This document shows positions 13,379 to 24,363 of a stretch of DNA of 64,000 nucleotides, piece by piece (position 1 is the first letter of the stretch; each line of letters opens with the position of its first letter). Origin of the DNA: Stegostoma tigrinum (taxonomy: Eukaryota); NCBI RefSeq assembly GCF_030684315.1, contig NC_081397.1, forward strand, positions 11,804,421 through 11,868,420, read 5' to 3'. The notes under the pieces were generated by a model. That model was not told the DNA's origin. It was given only the letters and a program-made list of their open reading frames with translations, and searched no databases. Position numbers and translations under genes: made by a program.

Positions 13379-13605
13379 CTGCTGATTGTTAGAAGCAACT
13401 GGTCAGACTTGGCTTTGTACCGAGGAAATACAACATCCTCTTTGATGAAGGGTCTACGCTCGAAACGTCAGCTTTTGTGCTCCTGAGATGCTGCTTGGCC
13501 TGCTGTGTTCATCCAGCCTCACATTTTATTATCTTGGAATTCTCCAGCATCTGCAGTTCCCATTATCTCAAATACAACATCATCCTGGTCCTTCAAGTAT
13601 TTGCC
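13379..13605 (-). other. Decayed copy of putative exon 2 of the multi-copy unit, interrupted by a PLE-derived insertion
   Basis: Homologous to 48998-49079; GTATGT donor at 13373-13378; acceptor mutated to CGG. Confidence 0.55.
13438..13569 (+). mobile_element. Short PLE-terminus-derived insertion with 12-bp target-site duplication
   Basis: aaatacaacatc at 13426-13437 and 13570-13581; body matches the PLE terminus at 25992-26085. Confidence 0.85.
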
Positions 13606-14045
13606 CGGAGGAAGGCAGAAGCCACATCTCCTGTAAATTACCATACAGAAAGTCTGGCCATATTGAACTAATCAACATAACGTTAAGTTCATAATCATTG
13701 AGACGTGTGTTTGTTTTTAAGAGAAAACTAGCAATTTGAACAGAACCAGAGTCTTATTCCCTGTCCTCCAGAACTGCTCCTTGTCTGGGGATTCTCATTG
13801 TACTTTTTTCCCAAAATAATTCGAAATCAACCGAGTGAGAATCAGAAACTGAGCAACAACTGTACTTTCATAAATGGGGCTATCCGAAGGTGCAGGCATG
13901 CATACACAGTTCACAACACGCTACCTGTGCAGAGGAAGAACAAAGGGCGCTATTTTAAATGTTTCAGGTGAGAAATTTAACCTGGGGACTCAATTACCTG
14001 TCCTTTTCAGGGTTATAACATGCCTCTAGTCTGTGTTTCCACTGT

Positions 14046-14490
14046 TCACGGCACTATGTCCAAAAACAGCGCGAAACTGAAGCCGAACAACGAATTCCCA
14101 TCACAGTTCAGAGGATGAAAACCACAAGACTGACCCCCAGCAGCAGCTTCTTGCCGCTGTGTCTCCCTCAGCAGGACCACACACAGCCCGAGAAAGGCCT
14201 CTCTCTCCCCGCCCCCAGGCCGCTCACTCCAAGTTCCGGGACCAGTTCCTGCTCCCCTCCGCCTCTTACCAACAGCCCCCGGTTCTCCCTGAACTGAGCC
14301 CGAATCAATGCCGGTCTCGGAGCCCCCTCTGTGTCCCAGACTCACATCTCGATGCGCTGCTGGAAGGAGCCTGCTGTTCCCTCGCTTCCCTGGGCGCTGG
14401 TCTCTCCATTGCGGCCTGTTTCAAACAAATCTCTTCCACTCAATGACGGCCCTCAATGGCAGCGCTGGGGGATGGCATCACGCATGCGCT
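14046..14490 (-). other. Copy A of GC-rich promoter/first-exon module (ATG 14409 to donor 14346)
   Basis: Near-identical to 38211-38640 and, inverted, 42765-43190; GCGCATGCGT site at 14480-14489; AT|GTGAGT donor. Confidence 0.6.
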
Positions 14491-14499
14491 CCTCTCGGT

Positions 14500-14915
14500 T
14501 GTGTGGAAATGCAGGGTTACAGGAAGTGGGTGGGGTTATGGGTCTGGGAGGGGCTGCTGTTCAGAGGGTCGGTGTGGAATTTTATTTGGGCCGAAGTATC
14601 TGTTTCCACACTGTAGGGATTTATGATGATTCTATGAAGTGTGCTACAGATTAGGCGCTGAAATGTGAACTATATGCCAATGTTTTGTTCTGCTCATGTC
14701 ACCTCCCTTACTGTTTTCATACAGAATAAAAGTTAGAGCATAACTTTGAACGCTCCGGTTTCCTCCCCCAATCCAAAGGTGTCCAGGGATGTTTAGGATA
14801 GGTCAGTTAGACATGGGAAATCAAGAATAGGGGTTGGCTCATCTTCAATGGGGTTGTGTGGTTTTGTTGGGCCGAAGGGCCTGTTTCCACACTGTAGGGA
14901 ATCTAGTCTTATCTA
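14500..14915 (+). mobile_element. Two V-SINE/HE1-like 3' fragments
   Basis: tgggccgaagggcctgtttccacactgtaggga, shared with the SINE at 18617. Confidence 0.65.
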
Positions 14916-14934
14916 AAGAGCATTTGGACAGACA

Positions 14935-15300
14935 AAGAGTTGATAATGATCGGGCTGGGAGTTTCACTAGTAGTTAATGGGGACTATTAGTGAGTGACAG
15001 TAGGTGGTGGATAATAGCAGGACATGTGGTAACAAGGCCCTGTGTTGCTTAGAGTTTAGGTCCAAAATTACTGAACTCATTATAGAGTCGAGAGGGCTGC
15101 AGGGTCCCCCACGCGGAAGATGAGGTGTTGTTCTTCTAGCTTGTGGAACAAGCTGGAGCACTGGAACAGTGCAGCAAGCCTGAGGCAGAGATGTTGGCGA
15201 GGGAACAGGGTGGTGCGTTAAAGTGACAGGCAACAGGTAGTTTGGGGTCTTTTGTGCAAGCAGAACATAGATGTTCTGTGAAGTGATCACCCAGTCTATG
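14935..15300 (-). mobile_element. Penelope-like GIY-YIG endonuclease fragment
   Basis: KHRLGDHFTEHLCS...LPVACHFN on the minus strand. Confidence 0.75.
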
Positions 15301-15379
15301 TTTCATTTCAAAATTGGGTGTTTTAACAGGATTTGGGCAGCCTTTGTTTTTGGACAAGAATCATCCAGGCTTCCAAAGA

Positions 15380-16020
15380 AAAAAAATGCTGGATGTGGGC
15401 ATCACTGGCTCATCTGACCATTGATTGGCTATCCTGAAATGCCCGTGAGAAGGTGATAGTGAACTGCCTTCTTGAACCGTTGCAGTCTCTGAGCTGTAGG
15501 TAGGCCCACATTGCCATGAGGAAAGGAATTGCAGGATTTTCACAGATTGACACCGCACGAACGACCGGTATATTTCCAAGTCAAGGGTGGTGAGTGGCTT
15601 GGAGAAGATCTTGTAGATGGTGCAGTTCCCATGAACCTGCTGCCCTTGTCTTTCATGATAGAAGTGGTCGTGGGTTTGGAAGGTGCTGTCCAATTCAATA
15701 TTTGAGGATGTTTGTGAATGTGGTGCCAATTAAACAGCAGCAGCCTTTTCATGGACAGTATTTTGCTTGCTGTGTGTTGTTGGAGCTGCACGAACACAGG
15801 TGATGGGGGCCATAGAGGGGAAACATTTACACTCCGACCTTGAATGTTGGAGATTTTGCACTGGTTTGAGAAATCAGGAGGTAAGTTACTTGCTGCAATA
15901 TCCGTAGCCTTGGGCCTGCTCTTGTAGCCAATGTATTTATAGGATGAGTCCATTTCAGCTTATGCTTCATGGTAGCTCCCAGGATGTTGATAGTGGAGGA
16001 TACAATGATGCTGAGGCCCA
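15380..16020 (-). mobile_element. Old L2-like LINE 3' fragment
   Basis: Minus-strand gttcaagaaggcagttcac-type 3' sequence; related pieces at ~41850-42090 and ~46170-46460. Confidence 0.5.
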
Positions 16021-16424
16021 GGTCAAAGGATGTCTTACTGCACAACTCTGTGACACATTTTTACACTCACACACTGATCAGACCTGGTATAGCCTCCATC
16101 CACCCGAACAGCAAGCTCTATCACAACAACCCCCAGTCCCAAATCTCTCTGGTATTGTATAGGTTACTGTGAGTGACGGTGAACAGAATTGGACATGTAG
16201 CACTGACCCTGAGAACAATCCTCCTGTATTACAGCGGGGCACTCACTGTTCCTTCCCCTCTCGGAAAGTCTGACCGGGCACACACTCACCTTGGCCGGTG
16301 GTTAGCTCCATCCCTCGTGCTGAGAAACTCCACGATCTGAGTGTCAGTGTTTACTGTTGAACTCCTGAACTTTGTTTGAGATTGAGATTTACTGTTCGCT
16401 TTCAGGGCAGGAAGAGCAAGTACT

Positions 16425-17110
16425 TTGAAATCACCAGCCGTGCTCCCTAAACTGAAGGGCAAACCCAAAGTGAAAGCAGGCAAGAAAACAGCAAAGAAAT
16501 CCACTAGAGATAGTAGGAACTGCCTATGCTGGAGTCTGAGGGAACAATGTGTTGTGCTGGAGAAACACAGACAGGCAGCAGTAGAGGAGCAGGAAAGCTG
16601 ACGTTTCGGGCCTGGGCCCTTCTTTCGAAATTTGGTAGGGGAAGGGGTCTCTGAAATAAATAGAGAGAGCAGGGTGATAGAAGGTGGCTAGTAGAGAGGA
16701 TTGGTGGGAGAGAAGACGGATAGGTCACGGATGCGGGGATGGAGGGGCGTGGGGCTGGTCTTAGGATGAGGCGGGGCTGGGGAGATTTTCAAGCTAATAA
16801 AGCCCACATTGAGAACACTGGGTTGCAGGTTTCCAAGGCAGAATATGAGGTGCGGTTCCTGTAGTTTCTGGGTGGCATCGCTGTGACACTGGAGGAGGCC
16901 CAAGATGGATATGCCCTCTCTGGAGTGGGAGGGGGAGCTGAAGCGGTTCGCCACTGGGAGAAGTTGTCGTTTATCGCGATCCGAGCGGAGGTACTCCACA
17001 ATGCGGTCTCCAAGCCTCCAGTCGGTACACCATGTAACTGTATGAAGCCAAAGGTTGTTCTCAGGGCCACCGACATCTCTCGGGGAAGAGCTGAGTCCGG
17101 ATGAAATGAC
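16425..17110 (+). pseudogene. H1: Histone H1 relic: C-terminal tail fragment plus decayed 3' stem-loop and downstream element, split by a PLE insertion
   Basis: 16440-16500 encodes KGKPKVKAGKKTAKK (intact H1: KAKPKAKVTKKAAKK); 17020-17180 aligns with the H1 3' flank (reverse complement of 39200-39560); decayed stem-loop ggttgttctcagggcc at 17053-17068. Confidence 0.75.
16505..17020 (-). mobile_element. Penelope-like 3' fragment (GIY-YIG end plus terminal repeat)
   Basis: RLGDRIVEYLRS...LPVANRF...HLIFCLGNLQP on the minus strand, followed by the PLE terminus. Confidence 0.85.
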
Positions 17111-17679
17111 CACTGTCCCGTCTAAGAATGCAGATATACTTTAGATATTAATTGATTTGAATAACTCAAATATACACATCCGGGCCGTGATTTACACACA
17201 GCCCCTCTCCCTCATTCTACACTAAAACAGTGTAAGTTCCCACTCTCACTGTCACTGAGCATCAGATCGGGTGCAAATTCAGTTCATCTCCGTTTCCTTT
17301 TCACATATTCGGGGAGAGAGATTAGTAGCGCAGAAACCACGCTTCACAACAGAATTCACAAGAAATGCCATTCTCTGATTTATTGGAAGAGCAGAAACTG
17401 ACATTGCATTGGAAGCGGCCGTGTTTTCTTGTTGAAGAAAGGCCGGGATGTGGGCGTTTAATTGTAACACAATTGCTTTTAAAAACTCCAGTTTTAACTG
17501 TCTTTGAACATGAAACTTGAGTCTGCAGGTTTTCTGCCGGGCCTTGGGTTCACTGCCCTTGTGGATAAAAGGTTTCGTTCCAGATCCAGTTGGGGGCGGG
17601 AGTTAGCTGGAGGCGGAGCTGGACATTTCTCTGCCTGTCACTCAGTTTCCTGCCCGGGCCGTCTCTCACTTTCTGTCAG

Positions 17680-17717
17680 CTCTTTCTCAGTCAGGTCGGG
17701 GCGGGCTATATAAAAAA
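17680..17717 (+). promoter_or_regulatory. H4 proximal promoter: site II-like element, GC box, TATA
   Basis: tttctcagtcaggtc, ggggcggg, and tatataaaaaa at 17707-17717. Confidence 0.65.
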
Positions 17718-17762
17718 GGAAGGTGAGGCAGCTCGGGTCTTATTCGGCATCGATTACAGTGA

Positions 17763-18083
<321 letters not shown>

Positions 18084-18113
18084 GCAAATCGTCCCTTTTC
18101 CAGCGAACCCAAA

Positions 18114-18129
18114 GGCTCTTTTCAGAGCC
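18114..18129 (+). terminator. Histone 3' stem-loop (H4)
   Basis: ggctcttttcagagcc followed by accca. Confidence 0.97.
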
Positions 18130-18616
18130 ACCCAAACTCTCCGATTGAGGGCGGATACCTGAGGATGGGGAAGGCAGTACATATGGAGGGGACAGTGTAC
18201 TGCAGCTGGTTATTTCACATTTTTCGCGACTTTTAATTTGGCTCATTCCATTACACAAATGCAGTAATTTCGTGTCCAGTGTCAAAAGAGAGAGATCAAG
18301 CAGTGAGAACGGAGACCTGAGCACAGGAAAGGCAACACATAGAGAGTGTGTACTGTGCCGCAGCTGGTTACTTCATATCTAGATTTGTAATTCCGCCCTG
18401 ATGTTAAATGTTACATAGTGCAGTTTTTTTTTCTGTTTCATTCCTTCCAGGAATGATATTCAGTTCAGTTTTCTTTCAGGGAAGCCTCCAAAGGTTTTAA
18501 TAACCTGTTGTTACACTCTGCCTGTTGCAGTTTCCGACTGATTATAACTGGGTGAAATAAAAATGAGCCGATTAATTGAGATTGTGTAACTTTAGTAACC
18601 TATTAGCTTTGAATAT

Positions 18617-18945
18617 GCGGCACGGTAGCTCAGTGGTTAGCACTGCAGCCTCACAGCGCCAGGGACCCGGGTTCAATTCCAGCCTCGGGCGACTGTCTGT
18701 GTGGAGTTTGCACATTCTCCCCGTGTCTGCGTGGGTTTCCTCCGGGTGCTCCAGCTTCCTCCCACGGTCCAAAGATGTGCAGGCTAGGTGGATTGGCCAT
18801 GCTAAATTGCCCATAGTGTTCAGGAGTGTGTGGGTGTAGGGGGAAGGGTCTGGGTGGGATGCTTCATGGGGCGGTGTGGACTTGTTGGGCCGAAGGGCCT
18901 GTTTCCACACTGTAGGTAATCTAATCTAATCTAATCTAATCTAAA
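18617..18945 (+). mobile_element. Full-length tRNA-derived V-SINE (HE1-like)
   Basis: A box tagctcagtgg, B box ggttcaattcc, V-domain tgtgtggagtttgcacattctccccgtgtctgcgtgggtttcctcc, (taatc)n tail. Confidence 0.9.
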
Positions 18946-19371
18946 TCGGCGGTGTTTCTTAGATTCATTAACGAGGTGACTCGGCCGCTTGATCAGTGTG
19001 TCTGGGCTGTGTTAAAACGCCGCGCATTCCTCCTGCCTGTTCGGGACAGATCAGGCAATGAACCCGCGTCTTTTCCGCGTTAACTGTAAGTTTGGTTAAA
19101 AAAATCCCACAAAGTTCAGACTTTATCGTCGTCGGACATTATGATTGCGAGTAAATAGGCGGGCTTTTTGAAAGTGACCAACTCATTTCAAGTTAGCCAT
19201 TCAGACTTCAACAATTATTTTACTGCCTTTCCTGTACCTTCCGGAGCAGTTTCTCAGGGGGTTGAGGGACGGGACTGTATCCATTCCAAGCTCTAGGGCG
19301 GGCTCTCCATTCCCTTAAATAGACAGCGCCGCAGCATTGAGAGCAGCAGCCTGTGTGTGTTGCAGAGTTGA

Positions 19372-19781
<410 letters not shown>

Positions 19782-20577
19782 ACTCAACCGTCCAGAAGGA
19801 GTTAGGAACTATGGGCTTTCATAAATGTAAACCCACAGCATGCTATTCAAGTGTTTCAATGCCACAGCTGTACAGGAACGTAGATAACAAAACGTGTGTA
19901 GTTGGAGGAAGACAGCAGGCCAAGTAACATCTGCAGTTCCCATAATGTCGGTTATAAAAACTTGTTGGGTCTGAGATACACTAATTCACATTAAAGACAA
20001 ATGGCAACTCGGGGCAATCAGGTTTATAAGTGCTCAGTAATCATAACACAATTCAAGTACTGCACCCTACATTTTATAAATTTCCGATGGAAACGCCTTT
20101 GTGGGCCAATTGCTTCCCTGGGCGTTTCCCCAGCAGTAACTGAGCTTGACGGAGGAGGATGGTGGGAAACGGTCGCCAAAGCGGAAAGTCCACCAAAACA
20201 TACAAACGATTTTTGTACTTTGGGCAAAATTTCAATTGCACGACCAAATCTCCCACTCCCGTATTCATTCGATCCTCTGAGGCGGGTCGGTTTCGTATCG
20301 AATGGCCTCTTTGTTGCGCGGACTTCTTGCACGTCCTTTGTTCCCTGTCAGCGTATTGATGGGGATACCGCTTTGAGTTATTATTTAAAGTCGCTGTCCC
20401 GACAGTAAAACCTCAAACTTTATTCGTCCTGTCCCGTAGCTGCTCCAGTTTTAACTCGCTTAAAGCAAAAACAAAAAGGAATTAAGTTTGCGCATTTAGA
20501 ATCCCATGTCAGCACACAAAATGAAAATTGATCAACCAGCAGTGACAGTCTAGCTGCTTTTCACTGATGTTGGGAGT

Positions 20578-20593
20578 GGCTCTGAAAAGAGCC
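20578..20593 (-). terminator. Histone 3' stem-loop (H2A)
   Basis: Reverse complement ggctcttttcagagcc. Confidence 0.97.
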
Positions 20594-20623
20594 TTTGGGT
20601 TGTCAGGTTAAAGAACGGTCTCT

Positions 20624-21076
<453 letters not shown>

Positions 21077-21271
21077 TTATACCTTCGGGAGGAATGGGGG
21101 TGCGGCCATTGCTGATTGGTCACATTGTTCAGTATCTCCTAATGTCGTTTCAATGCCCACTCAGATATCTGCTTCCCTCACCAATCCGGAGAGGGCCCGG
21201 GGAGGGGGCCGGAAAATCCCGGCACCAAATCATCAACTGCTTTTTGTTCAAACGCCAAAAGCCCGCCAATA

Positions 21272-21765
21272 TTGTATCAGTGAGAATGGGAACTGCAGAT
21301 GCTGGAGAATCCAAGATAATAAAGTGTGGATCTGGATGAACACAGCAGGCCCAGCAGCATCTCAGGAGCACAAAAGCTGACGTTTCGGGCCGAGACCCTT
21401 CATCAGAGAGGGCGATGGGGTGGTTCTGGGATAAATAGGGAGAGCGCGGGAGGCGGACCGACGACGGAGACTATAGTTGGGGAGGAGGGAAGGGGAGGGG
21501 ATAGGTCAGTTTAGGGAAGACGGACAGGTCAAGGAGATGGGATGAGGTTAGTAGGTAGGAGATGGAGGTGCAGCTTGGGGTGGGAGGAAGGGATGGGTGA
21601 GAGGAAGAACCAGTTAGGGAGGCAGAGACAGGCTGGACTGGTTTTGGGAGGCAGGTGCTGAGGAAGGTGATGTGGCTGTGGTACCTGGTTTGCTTCAGGA
21701 CATGGTCGAGTAGTTTCAAGGCTGAAGAGATTACAAGAGAGTTGCAGTGGGAGAGCGATTCCACA
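21272..21765 (-). mobile_element. Penelope-like element, internally deleted (ORF start fused to terminal repeat); left arm of composite insertion
   Basis: Inverted match to 24364-24425 and 25730-26085. Confidence 0.85.
21379..21406 (-). ncRNA. Minimal hammerhead ribozyme core in PLE terminus
   Basis: CUGAUGA-A-GGGU(CUCG)GCCC-GAAA-CGUC, identical to 25992-26019. Confidence 0.6.
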
Positions 21766-22045
21766 ACCTAATGACTTATCACAGCTCGTGGTTGTGGATG
21801 AGGCTGCAGAGGGGGTTGTTTATCCGGGACGCTCCCCAGCTGGACTGCGCAGGTAACACTGGAAAAATCGTACTGGTTTTTTGAGGATTGGTCTGTATAG
21901 ACCATGGCCGTCTCGTACTTTTTCTGGTCGTTTGGTCACCCAGCAGCCAGGACTGCTGGGCTTACCGGCGGGGCCAACGGGGAGGCACGACCCACACTAT
22001 GCGCCAAAACGTCATAGTGGGTGACTATGCGATCTCATTAGAGAT
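21766..22045 (-). mobile_element. R2 retrotransposon 5' UTR fragment (inverted)
   Basis: Contains an HDV-like ribozyme fold and abuts R2 coding fragments. Confidence 0.6.
21926..21991 (-). ncRNA. HDV-like self-cleaving ribozyme core (R2 type)
   Basis: GGUCGU/ACGACC (P2); GCC-UCCCCGU(U)-GGC (P3/L3); CCGCC-GG (P1 3' strand, P1.1); CCCAGCAG/CUGCUGGG (P4); CCAA (J4/2). Confidence 0.65.
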
Positions 22046-22778
22046 TCATTATGCCGAAGGTGTGAGATGGCAAACGAAACCATATCACACATCTCAGGAT
22101 GCTGCCCATTCATAAAAAAATGCTCGGATAAAACGCCATAACAAGATTGCTGACCAGCTGCAGAAACATGTCAGTAAGTAAGTACGGCTGGACATCGTAC
22201 GTGGAGCCCAGACTGTTTGACAAAAACGGCTCCCTATGGAAACCCGATCTCATATTTAGAAAAGACCAGAGGATCGCGGTGGTAGATGTCACAGTGCGGT
22301 ACGAGAATGACAGTAAAGCACTGGAAACAGCATGGCGAGAAAAACAGGAGAAGTATAAACACCTGAATGCCGAGGTCACGGAATTGACAGGAGGCGTGGT
22401 GCCCAGATACTTTGGCTTCGTGATGGGCGCATGAGGCAAGTGGCTGGATATGAATAACCGCCTCATGAAATTCCTCGGCATCGAGAGATACGATACGTTC
22501 ACCCAAAAGACATCAAGACTCACTCTGTCACTGACACTCGAACTCTTACAAATCTTCAGTGACAAGTGAGCAAAAGCCGCATACGGTGAGGTAAGATCCT
22601 CCACTGAGACAGAAGCAGGCCCACATAATCCTTACAAATTTGCCAGTAACATCAGTAGGGCCCCGCTGATAATGACGATAACAACCAGCCTCATATAACA
22701 CCAGTATCACCTGGTCCTTGGTCTGTGGTGATGCTAGAGAGTACACAAACTTCGACGAGCGATGTAAAGACTCGGAAA
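22046..22778 (+). mobile_element. R2 C-terminal fragment: CCHC knuckle, restriction-like endonuclease and probable 3' UTR
   Basis: LCRRCEMANETISHISGCC, RHNKI, KPDLIF, VVDVTVRYE, KQEKY; frameshift and stop present. Confidence 0.85.
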
Positions 22779-24363
22779 AGGCCCGCAACAAGGGCCATCT
22801 AGGTCCAGACCGAGACAGCGACCTTGAGATGTTACCTCCTGCCTTACATGGAGCTGAGATCGGTGACCCCTCCCAGGGGGCTGGCTGACCCTGTAACGGA
22901 TGACAGATAACGGGCAGCCCACCCTACGGTTGAGATAAGCATAAACACCCAAACCTTCTACAACAAAATTTATCGAGACACGAAGCAGGGCACAGACGAA
23001 AAAATGATAAGTGAGACTGGCGATGAAACAGCTGATGCAACTGCCTTCATGGAAGGAGTTGTTATCGAGCCAGTATGTGACAGACCGCCCGTCTCGGAAA
23101 TCATCCACTATCCCGTCGATGGGCTGTTCTGCAAGGACTGCGACACCCTCTTCCCCACGGTGAGCCTGTTCAAGATCCATATGACTGAAGTGCACGGAAT
23201 AAAGAACATCCGAACAAAATGTTCACGCTGTGATAAGGCAGGAGAATACCATTCAATAGCCTGCCATTATCCCAAATGCAAAGGAACGAAGCAACCCCCA
23301 ACCGGGGACTTTGCATGCAGTGTGTGTGATCAACAGTTTTCAACACAATCAGGCCTTGGTCAACACGAGAGGCACAGGCACCTGGTTCTACGGAATGAGA
23401 AATGCCTCAAACTGGCACCCAAAGTCAAGGGCAAACCTGGGAGAAGCGACCGCGTATGGTCACAGGAGGTGGTGGCACTCCTGAGGGAATTGGAGGCGAG
23501 ATTTGCAGGATGCAAATTTATAAAGAAATCCATTGCAAGCATCCTGAAAACCAAAACACCAAAGCAAATCTCAGACAAGTGCAGGCTCCTGGCAAACACC
23601 CCGACAGAGGTCCAGACCATCTGCGAGCCAACAATAGACTTGCACGATTCTGAGGCAGGGAGTGACCAGGAGAATTCCGATGATCAAGCCCAATGCCAAA
23701 GAGCCAGCCGAAAAACACCGGCTTCGGTCCCTAAACATCGGGACGTAGATGACCAGCTTACACAAGCTGAAGAGCTCTTGAGCGCAAGGAAGGATCCGGG
23801 CACGTTTGCCCTCGGAATCGGACTAGCGGAAAGCATTCCCGACCTGCTAATGAATAGTAGGAGAAGACAGGACAAAAACAAGAGGCCTCAAAAAGATCGG
23901 GCCAAGAAAGACATAAAGCCCGGTAGCAATACCGGAGCCAAAAAATGGTGGGCAGCACGTAAAGCGCTGTTTAGAGCAACACAGCGGCCTTACAAAACCA
24001 ACCGGCATCAACTAGCTCGCGAGATCATGGGGGCGCCGACCTCATCCGCTTGTCCTCTCTCAAAAGAGGAATTGGAGACATGTTTCTGTGAGAAACTGTC
24101 TGCACCAAACAAGAAATCAAACATAAATAAGTATGCCCCATACACTGGCAAAGTCGATGACGGGTCCTTGATGAAACCCATAGAGGTAGAGGAGGTTGAA
24201 GCGGCCATCAAGGGGATAGGCGCGAACTGTGCCGCTGTACCAGACGGCCTGAAACTGCAGGACATAAGAACACTCCATGAGCAGAGGAAACTCATCTACC
24301 CCGCCTCTTTTCCTTATGGCTAACGTCAATCACGATCCCCGATTCACTAAAAAAGAGTCGAAC
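22779..24363 (+). mobile_element. R2 N-terminal fragment: three zinc fingers, Myb domain and start of RT
   Basis: ORF 23004-24323: CKDC..H..H, CSRC..H...C, CSVC..HERHRH, WSQEVVALL...KTPKQISDK; then PDGL and, in another frame, LFSLWL...IPDSLKKSRT where it is truncated. Confidence 0.85.

Noticed and set aside
16284-16300. Isolated strong splice donor (CAAG|GTGAGT) on the minus strand
   Set aside because: Single motif with no paralogous copy or matching acceptor identified
18617-18690. tRNA gene
   Set aside because: The A/B boxes are the head of a V-SINE, followed by the V-domain and a repeat tail
21990-22045. 28S rRNA fragment next to R2 (actatgac)
   Set aside because: Only an 8-nt match within local hairpins; the GGCGGGAGTA and TCTCTTAAGGTAGCC target sequences are absent
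23004-24323. Host C2H2 zinc-finger transcription factor gene
   Set aside because: ZF+Myb+RT-start architecture and the adjacent RLE fragment identify it as R2
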